From assembly GCA_023150565.1 (NCBI GenBank), contig JAKLKR010000001.1:42180-106179 (forward strand): a stretch of 64,000 nt of DNA. Reading direction: 5' to 3'. This stretch comes from Planctomycetota bacterium. Lineage in GTDB: Bacteria > Planctomycetota > UBA11346. Positions 49,622 to 58,517 of the stretch are shown piece by piece. The notes beneath the pieces were generated by a model. That model was given only the letters and a program-made list of their open reading frames with translations, searched no databases and was not told the DNA's origin. Within the stretch, counting starts at the first letter, position 1. Every line of letters starts with the position of its first letter. Position numbers and translations under genes: made by a program.

Positions 49622-50103
49622 AGACCGCCATCCTGCTCGCCGCCTGCCTGTCCGCCCCCCTGGCCGCCTCCGAGGCGGTGCTGGAGGGGGCGTGGGCGCG
49701 CGCCACCGCGCCCGGTGCCCAGGCCGGGGCGGTGTTCGGCACCCTGCGCGGCGGTGATGGCGACGACCGCCTGGTGCGCGCCGCCTGCGCGGTGGCCGAC
49801 GTGGTCGAGCTGCACACCCACCTGCGCGGCGAGGACGGCGTCATGCGCATGCGTCCGGTCGAGGCCATGGCGGTGCCGGCCGGCGGCACGGTGCTGCTCA
49901 AGCCCGGAGCCGAGCACATCATGCTCATCGGCCTCAAGCGCGCGCTGGCGGCGGGCGAGCGCCTGCCGCTGCAGCTGACCTTCGCCCGCGCCGGTCAGGT
50001 CGAGGTGGTCGCCCTGGTGGGCGAGGCCACCGCCTCCGCCGCCCCCGCTCCGGCCGGTGCCGCGAGCGGCGCCGCCGCCGGCGGCTGCTGCGGTCATCGC
50101 TGA
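49618..50103 (+). CDS. PCu(A)C copper chaperone
   Basis: AWARAT, VELHTH...GVMRMR, LKPGAEHIMLIGL. C-terminal GGCCGHR tail. Confidence 0.92.
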   Translation: MKTAILLAACLSAPLAASEAVLEGAWARATAPGAQAGAVFGTLRGGDGDDRLVRAACAVADVVELHTHLRGEDGVMRMRPVEAMAVPAGGTVLLKPGAEHIMLIGLKRALAAGERLPLQLTFARAGQVEVVALVGEATASAAPAPAGAASGAAAGGCCGHR

Positions 50104-50170
50104 GACGGCGCTTCCTGGCCGGGCAACCTCGCTGGTGATTTTTCCGACGGGGGTGCTAGCTTGGGCCCCC

Positions 50171-51214
50171 ATGCGCCCCATCCATGCCCTGCTCGCTTTC
50201 GCAACCGTCCTCCTTTGCGCCGGCTGCAGCCTGCCAGGCGGATCCGGGGGTGGCTCCGGCAGCGCGGTCCTGCCCTCCACCGGCGCCCTGACCACCGACT
50301 ACAACCAGGCGCTGTCGGACGAGGCCTCCGCCACCAGTTCCGGCGGTTCGCTGATGGGGCGCCTGTCGCAGGCGGCGAGCGAGGCGGTGCTGGGCACCGC
50401 CGGCAGCTCCACCGCCGCGACCGCGGCCGCGGTCGCACCCGCCCTCGATCGTGCGGTCGCCGGCAGCATGGTGATCGACCTCGCCACTCTCAAGACCGGG
50501 TCGCGCGCGGTGTTTCCGGATGCCACCGGCACCGTCACCGTGACCTGGACCGGCACCGTGGTCACCAGCTGGCCGGTGGGGACCACCACCGTGGCCGGGG
50601 CCGACCTCACCCTGGCCTTCAACCAGGTGGTGCTGACCACCGCCAGCGGCAACAAGCTCACCATCCCCTCGGGTGCCGCGGCGGTGCGGCTGGAAGCCCA
50701 GGCTTCGGTGGTCGACGCCGGCAACTGGGTGCTGACCTGCACCACCACCACCACCGTGCCGGCGGCGGCGGCGATCACCGGCAACCTGATCGCCGGCGGT
50801 CGCACCACCACCCTCAGCCTGTCCGGCCAGCGCCAGGCCATCTGGGTGATCACCCGCACCCGCACCCCCGACCCCGACAACGCCGGTAGCTACCTGGTCG
50901 ACCGCCGTGACGTCTCGGTGACGGTGGGCGGTCCGGCCAGCATCGGCAATGTCGGCGGCTTCTCGACCTGGACCATCAGCCGCGGCTCGCTGCCGGTGGT
51001 GTGGAACCGCAAGGCCCGGGTGTCGTGGCGTGAGGACCTGCTGGTGCCGGTGGCGGTGCCGCCGGTGACCGTGAGCGAGGATGCCATCTACATCAGCGCC
51101 ACCATCCCCATCATCAACGCCACCGTCCGGCTCGGGCCTTACTCCATCGCCGAACTGGCGGCCAAGGTCAGGCTGGCCGCGGCGGAGCAGGGCCTGCTCG
51201 CGGCTTATTTGTGA
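50171..51214 (+). CDS. Hypothetical lipoprotein, Thr/Val-rich beta-strand protein
   Basis: Lipobox LCAG-C followed by Gly/Ser linker. No recognised domain. Confidence 0.65.
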   Translation: MRPIHALLAFATVLLCAGCSLPGGSGGGSGSAVLPSTGALTTDYNQALSDEASATSSGGSLMGRLSQAASEAVLGTAGSSTAATAAAVAPALDRAVAGSMVIDLATLKTGSRAVFPDATGTVTVTWTGTVVTSWPVGTTTVAGADLTLAFNQVVLTTASGNKLTIPSGAAAVRLEAQASVVDAGNWVLTCTTTTTVPAAAAITGNLIAGGRTTTLSLSGQRQAIWVITRTRTPDPDNAGSYLVDRRDVSVTVGGPASIGNVGGFSTWTISRGSLPVVWNRKARVSWREDLLVPVAVPPVTVSEDAIYISATIPIINATVRLGPYSIAELAAKVRLAAAEQGLLAAYL

Positions 51215-51239
51215 ATTGCGATTCAGGTGACGGGGATTG

Positions 51240-51517
51240 CGTTTCAGGCCGGTAGGCCTGAAACGACCCGGCTGCGCCGGGTGCCGCGCTACGCGCAGCC
51301 AATCCCCTGCCGACGCGGTGCTCGCAGGCTCCGCCCCGGTCGGCGCTGTTCGCGGGGCGCTGCCCCGCTACGCCCCGCCAGGGAGGTGCCCTCCCTGGAC
51401 CCTCCCGTGGTCCAGCTCGCTTCGCTCGCTGCCAGGGGTTTGCACCCCTGGACCCCGGGGATCCAGGATCCAGCTCGCTGCGCTCGCTGCCGAGGTTTGC
51501 CCCTGGACCCCGGGGAT
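51240..51517. repeat. REP-like hairpin cluster with ~50-nt tandem units
   Basis: Hairpin CGTTTCAGGCC-GGTA-GGCCTGAAACG (51240-51265). CCAGGG...CCCTGGACCC at 51378-51402. Near-identical units TCCAGCTCGCTnCGCTCGCTGCC...CCCCTGGACCCCGGGGAT at 51411-51462 and 51469-51517. Confidence 0.75.
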
Positions 51518-51588
51518 GCTCTTCCCTGGGACCGCCGGGCTCCAGCCCGGCAATTCCTTCTTCTCCCCGGCCTTCCGGGCAGGCCGAC

Positions 51589-52380
51589 TCAGGCGCCGAG
51601 GCTCACCCGCACCGTCAGCCTTCGGCGCACCTCGGCCAGGGTGGCTTCGCCTTCGTCGCTGGTGGCGCTGGCCAGGCCGGGGAAGCGGGCGGACATGCGG
51701 CCGGCGTTGATCTTGTCGGCGATGCCCCACCACAGCCGCTCGCGCGCCGCCAGCGAACGCAGGCAGCCCGCGCGGATCAGCGCCTGGTTGCGCTCGCCCT
51801 CGGCCAGCCGCTGCAGGGCCTCCTCCAGCCAGGCGCCGTGGTCCTTGTCCTGCTCCACGTGCAGGGTGAAATAGCCGATCTCGTGCTCGCCGAAGCCGGC
51901 CGCGCGCAGGCCCTTGAGCACTTCGTGGAACATCGCCGGGATGGCCCATTCGTGGCCGGGGCCGACCGCGCCCAGGCCGAGCAGGAACTCGTCCTGGCTG
52001 CACATGCGCAGGTGCTCCTCGAGGAACTGCGGCACCGCCGGGTGCAGGCGGATGGCCTCCATGCCGGCGTCGTCCCAGCCGCAGGCGCGCATGAAGATGC
52101 GGTAGTGGGCGGCGTGGTCGGCGCCCTCGCTGCGCTCGCCGTACTCGTCCACCAGCACCTTGGCCAGCCACACCTTCTCGTCGCTGGCGGGGGCGTTGAG
52201 CAGCAGCAGTTCGAGGTAGCGGGTGAAGGTCCCCACCAGCGGGTAGTGCTGGCCGGAGAAGATGCGGAAGTCGGCGCGCGCGCGCGGGTCGATGCTCATG
52301 CGCCCGAGCAGGCTGTGGCCGACCCCGGGGTGGTGTTCGACCTCGGTGCGCAGTTCGCGGAGGAAGGTGCGTGCGTCCAT
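51589..52380 (-). CDS. Heme-oxygenase-like diiron enzyme (PqqC/CADD/TenA superfamily)
   Basis: LVDEYG...DH, GHEWAIP, YFTLHVEQDKDHG (H-x3-D-x2-H) ligand pattern. Confidence 0.8.
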   Translation of the reverse strand: MDARTFLRELRTEVEHHPGVGHSLLGRMSIDPRARADFRIFSGQHYPLVGTFTRYLELLLLNAPASDEKVWLAKVLVDEYGERSEGADHAAHYRIFMRACGWDDAGMEAIRLHPAVPQFLEEHLRMCSQDEFLLGLGAVGPGHEWAIPAMFHEVLKGLRAAGFGEHEIGYFTLHVEQDKDHGAWLEEALQRLAEGERNQALIRAGCLRSLAARERLWWGIADKINAGRMSARFPGLASATSDEGEATLAEVRRRLTVRVSLGA

Positions 52381-52460
52381 GGCCGGGCCATTCCAGCGCG
52401 CGGGCGCTGCCGGTCGAGAGCGGGAATGCGTATGGCGGGGACGATCCCGGCGGCGCCCGG

Positions 52461-54557
52461 TCAGCCCGGCCGGGGATCGGCGCCGGGCCGCATCGCCGCC
52501 TGCACGGCGGCGGCCAGCGCCTCCTGGGTGTAGGGCTTCTGCAGGAAACCGTCGGGCGGGCCGTCGCCGAAGCGCAGGCCGATCTCCTGGGCGGTATAGC
52601 CGCTGGTCACCACCACCCGCACCGCCGGGTCGATGGCGCGCAGCCGGCGCAGGGTGTCGACCCCGCCCAGGCGCGGCATGGTGAGGTCGAGCAGCACCAG
52701 GTCGATGCGCCGGCGCTCGGCCAGGAAGGCCTCGACCGCCGCCAGCCCGTCGCCGGCCTCGAGGGTCTCGATCGCGAGCCCGGCCAGCATCTCGCGCGCG
52801 AGGTCGCGCAGCGGGGCCTCGTCGTCGACCACCAGCACCCGTCCGGTCAGGGCGGCGGGCGGGCGTGGCGGCCCGCCGGCCGGGATCGGCCGTTCGCTGG
52901 GCGGCAGCAGCACGCGGAAGGTGGTGCCGCCGCCCGGCCGCGAATCGATGGCGATGGTGCCGTGGTGGCCGCGCACGATGCCCTGCACCGCCGCCAGCCC
53001 GAGCCCGCGGCCGGTGGCCTTGGTGGTGAAGAAGGGCTCGAAGACGCGCGCGATGGTGGCCTGGTCCATGCCGCAGCCGGTGTCGCTGACCGCCAGCTCG
53101 AGCTGGCGCCCGGGCGCCGGCGCGTCGCATCCGGGCGCGGCCGGCGCCTCGGCGCGGCACCAGCGCAGCGCGGTCGACACCCGGATGGTGCCGGGTGCGC
53201 CGCCGAGGGCGTCTGAGGCGTTGGTGATCAGGTTCATCACCACCTGGCGCAGCTGGGTGGCGTCGCCCTCGACCGGCGGCAGCCCGGGCGCGAGGTCGAG
53301 GTCGAGCACCGCGGTCCGGGCGACGGTGGCCCCGAGCAGGTCGGCCATCTCGGCGACCAGGGCGCCGAGGTCGAGCGGGGCGGTGATGAAGCGCCCCTTG
53401 CCGGCATAGGCGAGCATCTGCCGGCAGAGGTCGGCGGCGCGGCTGCTCGCGGTCTCGATGCGCGCGAGCGCGGCGGCGGCGGGATCGCCGGCGGCCAGCC
53501 GCCGCCGCGCCAGCTCGGCGTTGCCCTGGATCACCCCCAGCAGGTTGTTGAAGTCGTGGGCCAGGCCGCCGGCGAGCAGGCCCAGGCTCTCGAGCTTCTG
53601 CAGCTCGAGCATGCCGCGCTCCAGCTCGCGGCGGGCGGCCTCGGCGCGGTGGCGTTCGCGGTTGCTCAGCGCCAGGGCGACCTGGTCGGCGAGCTGGCAG
53701 ACGAAGGCGATCTCGTCGTCGCTCCAGCGGTGCGGCCGGCCGACATGCTCGCAGCAGAGGGTGCCGACGCTGCGCCCGTCCAGGCGGATGACGCCGTCGA
53801 GCATGGCGCTGATGCCGAGCGGGCGCAGGTAGCCGTCGACATAGCCGGCGGTGCGCGGATCGCTGAGCGGGTCGTCGGCGGCGACGAACTTGCTCCGGCG
53901 CAGGTGGGCGAACTCCTCGCGGTACTGCGCCTCGTACAGCACCCCGCCGCCGGAGTGCCGGCGCGGCCCGCATTCGTACAGGTCGAGGCAGCGCAGCTCG
54001 CTGCCGTCGGCGTCGAACAGCCACACCCCCACCCGGGCGATGGCGAAGGAGTCCCCCACCGCGGCGCAGATCACCTCGGCCTGGCGTTCGACCTCGCCGG
54101 CGAGGGTGGCGGGGTCGAGCGAGATGCGGTGCAGGATCTCGTTCTGGCGGCGGATGCGCTCGGCGGTCTCGGCCGCGGACTGCTCAGCCTGGCGGCTGGC
54201 GGTGAGGTCGACCACCATGCCGTCGCAGCGGCAGCCGTCGGCCGACGTCGTCGCGCTCAACGCCAGCAGCAGCCTTCGGCCGTCGGCGAACAGCAGGTGG
54301 TGGACGAGGTCGCGTCCGCGCCGGGCCGCCTGCAGGGCGCCGGCGGCGGCGGCGCGCTGGCCGGGGTCGAGGCGGTCGAGCAGGCGATCGCCCCAGGTGG
54401 CGGCCGGTTCGTCGGCGATCCCCAGCAGGGCGGTGGCGGCGGGCGACATCCACGTCGAGCGGCAGGCGCCGTCGGCAGCGAACTCCAGCACGAACACCGG
54501 CAGCCGTTGCACCAGTGCGGGAGCGGTGTCGGGAAGGAGGTCGGGAACGTGCACCAT
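52461..54557 (-). CDS. Hybrid sensor histidine kinase (PAS-like, GAF, HisKA, HATPase, REC)
   Basis: GAF (YLRPLGISAMLD..., CCEH), LAGGLAHDFNNLL, QVVMNLITNA, DTGCGM, FEPFFTTK, GRGLGL, VVDDE...LLDLTMP...SGY...KP. Confidence 0.93.
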   Translation of the reverse strand: MVHVPDLLPDTAPALVQRLPVFVLEFAADGACRSTWMSPAATALLGIADEPAATWGDRLLDRLDPGQRAAAAGALQAARRGRDLVHHLLFADGRRLLLALSATTSADGCRCDGMVVDLTASRQAEQSAAETAERIRRQNEILHRISLDPATLAGEVERQAEVICAAVGDSFAIARVGVWLFDADGSELRCLDLYECGPRRHSGGGVLYEAQYREEFAHLRRSKFVAADDPLSDPRTAGYVDGYLRPLGISAMLDGVIRLDGRSVGTLCCEHVGRPHRWSDDEIAFVCQLADQVALALSNRERHRAEAARRELERGMLELQKLESLGLLAGGLAHDFNNLLGVIQGNAELARRRLAAGDPAAAALARIETASSRAADLCRQMLAYAGKGRFITAPLDLGALVAEMADLLGATVARTAVLDLDLAPGLPPVEGDATQLRQVVMNLITNASDALGGAPGTIRVSTALRWCRAEAPAAPGCDAPAPGRQLELAVSDTGCGMDQATIARVFEPFFTTKATGRGLGLAAVQGIVRGHHGTIAIDSRPGGGTTFRVLLPPSERPIPAGGPPRPPAALTGRVLVVDDEAPLRDLAREMLAGLAIETLEAGDGLAAVEAFLAERRRIDLVLLDLTMPRLGGVDTLRRLRAIDPAVRVVVTSGYTAQEIGLRFGDGPPDGFLQKPYTQEALAAAVQAAMRPGADPRPG

Positions 54558-54745
54558 CAGAATCGCTCTATAGGGGTGCTAAGGCGATACGCAAATTAAG
54601 ATTCAGTAGGTATTTACGACATCAGTGGAGAACCTAGTCGGAATTCCGGGGCGGCGGCGGCCGAGACCGCAACCAATGCCCCGGCGACAGGATCAACCAG
54701 GGTGCCGCCGTCCCTGCCGGAGCCGCCCCAGCTATCCTGGCGGCC

Positions 54746-56839
54746 ATGCCCGTTCCCACCCGCGTCTGGCCGCTGCTGTTCCTGCTGCTGGCGGCCTGCG
54801 GCACCAAGCCCCAGGCGCCGGTGCCAGTGCCGGTGCCGCCCGCCCTGCCGGCCACCGCCGCGGCGGTGCCGCCGACCGGCGACGACCCCACCGCCCTGCC
54901 CGGACCCGACGGCCGCCTCTACCCCGACTGGCGCTGGGCGGGGGTGCCGGGCGGCATCCCCGCCCCGGCGGTGGTGGCCACGGTGGCGGCCTGCGGCGGG
55001 GTGCCCGACGACGGCCAGGACGACAGCGCCGCCTTCCGCCAGGCCATCGCCCGCGCCGCCGCCGCCGGCGGCGGCGCGGTGGCGGTGGGCCCCGGCACCT
55101 GGCACCTCGAGCGCAGCCTGGCCATCGAGGATCACGGGGTGGTGCTGCGCGGCGCCGGCGCCGACCGCACCGTGCTGGTGGTGCGCCACGGCGAGCCGCC
55201 AGCCGGGCGCCTGCGCGTGATCGCCCCCGACGACGGGGCGGCGGTGGGGCCGGGCGACCGCTGCGAGGTCCACGCCCACCCCGACGGCCTCGCCGAGCTG
55301 GTGCTGACCGTGGCCGGCGCCGAGGTGGCGCGCTGCGGCGCCGATACCTCCGGCGGGGGCGCCACCTGGCTGGTCGAACGCTGGAGCCGTCTGGCCGCCG
55401 GGCGCGCGCCCGGACCGCTGGCGGTGGAGGCGCGGGCGCGCTGGCAGGACGGGCGCGAGGACCGTGCCGCCTGGACGGTGCGCTGGGATCCCGCCCGCGC
55501 CGCCCCCGCCGGCGGTTGGAGCGGCGCCGACGCCCGCCACGCCATCCACCTCGCCGGGCGCACCGCCGGCGCCCCGGTGGCGCTGGCCGCCGACGCCCGC
55601 CGCGGCGGGCGCGTGCTGACCCTGGCCGCGCCCATCCCCGCCCTGGCGGTCGGCGACGTGCTCCAGCTCGGCGCCCCTGCCACCCCGCGCTGGAACCAGG
55701 AGATCGGCTCGCGGCTGGAGGGCGCGCGCGCCCAGCGCCTGGTGCGCGCGGTGGTGGCGGCGGTGGACGGTGCGCGGGTGGAGCTCGACCGCCCGCTGCG
55801 CTGCGACCTGCTGGTGGCCGACGGCGCCACCGCCCTGCGCGCGGCCCCGCTGCGCGGCGCCGGGGTCGAGGCCCTGGCCATCCGCCAGGAGGTGCGCAGC
55901 TACACCGACGCCATCGCCCTGCAGGACGTCTACGCCTGCTTCGTGCGCGAGGTGCGCATCGAGCGCGCCGGCCGCCATCCGGTGTGGGTGAACAAGGCCC
56001 TGCGCTGCGAGCTGCGCGGGCTCGACCTCGACGGCGCCTGGTATGTCAAGGGCGGCGGCACCGCCTACCTCGGGCTGGAGTTCGCCCACGACTGCCTGGT
56101 CGACGGCGCCCGCGTGCGCGGCCTGCGCCACGCCCCCAACGTGCAGTGGTCGTCATTCGCCAACGTCTTCCGCCAGGTCGCGAGCGTGGGCGCCGACATG
56201 CAGTGGCACGCCGGCTACACCACCGACAACCTCTTCGAACAGTGCGTGGTCGACGCCCGCCGCGGCCAGGGCGGCGGCAGCTATGGCCATGCCGCCTTCG
56301 CCAGCGGCCCCGACTGCCTGTCGCACGGGCCCCAGGGCCCGCGCAACGTGGTGTGGTACTGCGACGCCCAGTGCGACCTCGACGCGCTCATGCTGCGCGG
56401 CGGCGAGGCCTGCCGCGGCTGGGTGGTGGCCCACAGCCGCTTCCTCATCCGCCAGGGCGGGCCGGCGCTGTCGCTCCAGCTCGGCGGCGGCGACCACCTG
56501 CTGCTGGGCAACGTTGTCGCCACCGCCGACCCGGTCGGCCGGCCCGACTACTGGGCCAAGCCGGCGCTCAAGGTGCCTTACAACCAGGAGGGCGCGGCGG
56601 TGTGGTTCCAGCGCGGTTCGCGCATCGACGGCGAGGCCAGCTTCCCCCACCGCCCGGTGGCCGGGGTGCAACTGGTGGGCAACCGCTTCCATGGCTTCCG
56701 TACCCTCGCGGCCGGCGCCGGCGCGCTCGGCGGCGAGCAGGGCAACCAGCTGCTGCCGGCCACCACCGCCGATCCGCCGCGCCCGCAGCCGCCGGTGGAA
56801 TCCCTGTTCCTGTGGCAGCGCCAGCGCTGGCCGCGCTGA
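54746..56839 (+). CDS. Lipoprotein with pectate-lyase-3-like right-handed beta-helix (putative glycan-active)
   Basis: Lipobox LLAA-C, YPDWRWAG, GGVPDDGQDDSAAFRQAI...GGGAVAVGPGTW...VVLRGAG. Confidence 0.75.
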   Translation: MPVPTRVWPLLFLLLAACGTKPQAPVPVPVPPALPATAAAVPPTGDDPTALPGPDGRLYPDWRWAGVPGGIPAPAVVATVAACGGVPDDGQDDSAAFRQAIARAAAAGGGAVAVGPGTWHLERSLAIEDHGVVLRGAGADRTVLVVRHGEPPAGRLRVIAPDDGAAVGPGDRCEVHAHPDGLAELVLTVAGAEVARCGADTSGGGATWLVERWSRLAAGRAPGPLAVEARARWQDGREDRAAWTVRWDPARAAPAGGWSGADARHAIHLAGRTAGAPVALAADARRGGRVLTLAAPIPALAVGDVLQLGAPATPRWNQEIGSRLEGARAQRLVRAVVAAVDGARVELDRPLRCDLLVADGATALRAAPLRGAGVEALAIRQEVRSYTDAIALQDVYACFVREVRIERAGRHPVWVNKALRCELRGLDLDGAWYVKGGGTAYLGLEFAHDCLVDGARVRGLRHAPNVQWSSFANVFRQVASVGADMQWHAGYTTDNLFEQCVVDARRGQGGGSYGHAAFASGPDCLSHGPQGPRNVVWYCDAQCDLDALMLRGGEACRGWVVAHSRFLIRQGGPALSLQLGGGDHLLLGNVVATADPVGRPDYWAKPALKVPYNQEGAAVWFQRGSRIDGEASFPHRPVAGVQLVGNRFHGFRTLAAGAGALGGEQGNQLLPATTADPPRPQPPVESLFLWQRQRWPR

Positions 56840-56843
56840 CCGG

Positions 56844-58517
56844 CTAGGGCTGGCTGGCCACCACCACCCAGCGGTCGGAGCTGATCTGCCAGCGCTGCAC
56901 GATCGTCGAACGCTCGACCAGGGTGGCGCGGTATTCATCGCTCAGCACCAGCCGCCCGGGCGCGGTCTCCAGCCAGGCCGTGACCTCGGTGGGCTGGCGC
57001 AGGAAGACCAGCCGACGGCCGCCCAGGTGGCAGAGCCAGGCGGGGCGCTTGCTGGATTCGCGGCCGGGTACGAAGAAGCCGACCGCCGCATCCGGGGCCA
57101 GCCGTGCGTCCAGCCAGGCGGCCGCCGGCTGGTAGCTGCGTTGGCGGTCGATGGCGGGCAGCACCAGCCACATCACCCCCGACCAGGCCACCACCATGGT
57201 GAGCGCGATCGCCGCCCACGCCTGCACCCGCGCGCGCCAGGCCTGGTGCAGGGCGATTCCGCCCCCCGCCAGCAGGAGCGTCCCCAGCACCAGCGCCGCC
57301 GGGCGCAAGGCGGTGAAGGTCTCTGCCGCGACCGGGCCGGGGACCGGCAGCCGCGGCCAGGCGAGGCCCGCGGCCAGGGCGGCCGCCCCGGCCAGGACCA
57401 GGCCGCCGGCGCAGATGCGCCCGGCCCAGGTGCGCCAGCGCTCCTCCCAGCCGGCGCGGTCGCCCAGCAGCCATCCCGCCACCAGCAGGGCGATGGCGGG
57501 ATAGATCGGCACCAGGTACACGTTGCGCTTGGTCGAGGCCAGGGTGAAGAACAGCAGCGGGGCGAGGCACCAGACCGCCAGCAGCCGCCAGCTGCGCTGG
57601 TCGCGCCGGTGGCGGAAGCCGCTGACCAGGGCGGGGACGAGCAGGGCGAACCAGGGCGCCGCGTCGGCCGGCAGCCGGGTCAGATGGTAGAGGACGCCCT
57701 TGCCGCCATGGCCGCGCTGGGTCTGGCCGAAGCGGTCGAGGTTCTGCAGGTACAGCTCGCGCAGTACGGTCTCGCTGCCGAGCCGTTCGCAGAGCAGGAG
57801 GTACCAGGGCAGCGCCACCGCCAGCGCGACCAGGGCGAGCGGCGCCAGCTGCACCAGCCGGCGCCATTCCCGGTTCCACAGGTGCCAGAGGGTGAGGATG
57901 AGACCGGGCAGGAGCAGGCCCAGGGGGCCCTTGCCGAGCATGGCCAGGCCGAAGGCGGCGAAGCCGGCCGCCCGCCAGGCCCAGCCCGAGGCCCCGCTGC
58001 GCCGGTCCCCGGCCAGGTAGAGCGCGATCCCGCCGGCTATGGCGGCGGCGAAGCCGAGATCGACCTGGAGGTTGCCAGCCTGGAACCACAGCAGCGGCAT
58101 CGCCAGCAGGCACAGCCCGGCGTAGAGGGCGGTGCGGGCATCGCCCAGCCGGCGGGCGATGGCCACCGTGACCGCCACCAGGACGGCGAAGAACAGCACC
58201 ATCGGCAGGCGGGTGGCGAACGGGGTGACCCCGCCCAGCAGCACCCCCGCCAGCCGGGCGCCCCAGTAGGCGAGCGGGGGATAGTCCAGCCAGGCCTGGC
58301 CGTTGTGGGTGGGGACCAGCCAGTCCCCGCGGGCCGCCATCTCGATCACCGGCAACGCCACATCGGGTTCGTCGGGATACCACCAGTCGCGCAGCCCGAG
58401 CGGGGGGATGAACAGCGCGCCCACCGCGAGCACCAGGAGGGGGATGGCGAAGCGCGCGATCAGCGCGCCCGCCGGTCCGGCCGCCGGCCCGGCGACCGGG
58501 TCACTCGGGGCGGGCAT
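56844..58517 (-). CDS. ArnT-family (GT83/PMT-like) membrane glycosyltransferase
   Basis: PDEP, EMAARGDWLVP, DYPPLAYW, KGPLG, ALPWY, STKRNVYLVP. Confidence 0.88.
   Translation of the reverse strand: MPAPSDPVAGPAAGPAGALIARFAIPLLVLAVGALFIPPLGLRDWWYPDEPDVALPVIEMAARGDWLVPTHNGQAWLDYPPLAYWGARLAGVLLGGVTPFATRLPMVLFFAVLVAVTVAIARRLGDARTALYAGLCLLAMPLLWFQAGNLQVDLGFAAAIAGGIALYLAGDRRSGASGWAWRAAGFAAFGLAMLGKGPLGLLLPGLILTLWHLWNREWRRLVQLAPLALVALAVALPWYLLLCERLGSETVLRELYLQNLDRFGQTQRGHGGKGVLYHLTRLPADAAPWFALLVPALVSGFRHRRDQRSWRLLAVWCLAPLLFFTLASTKRNVYLVPIYPAIALLVAGWLLGDRAGWEERWRTWAGRICAGGLVLAGAAALAAGLAWPRLPVPGPVAAETFTALRPAALVLGTLLLAGGGIALHQAWRARVQAWAAIALTMVVAWSGVMWLVLPAIDRQRSYQPAAAWLDARLAPDAAVGFFVPGRESSKRPAWLCHLGGRRLVFLRQPTEVTAWLETAPGRLVLSDEYRATLVERSTIVQRWQISSDRWVVVASQP

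Noticed and set aside
51377-51517. Mini CRISPR array
   Set aside because: Units are adjacent and degenerate, with no unique regular spacers and no cas genes. Treated as REP-like.
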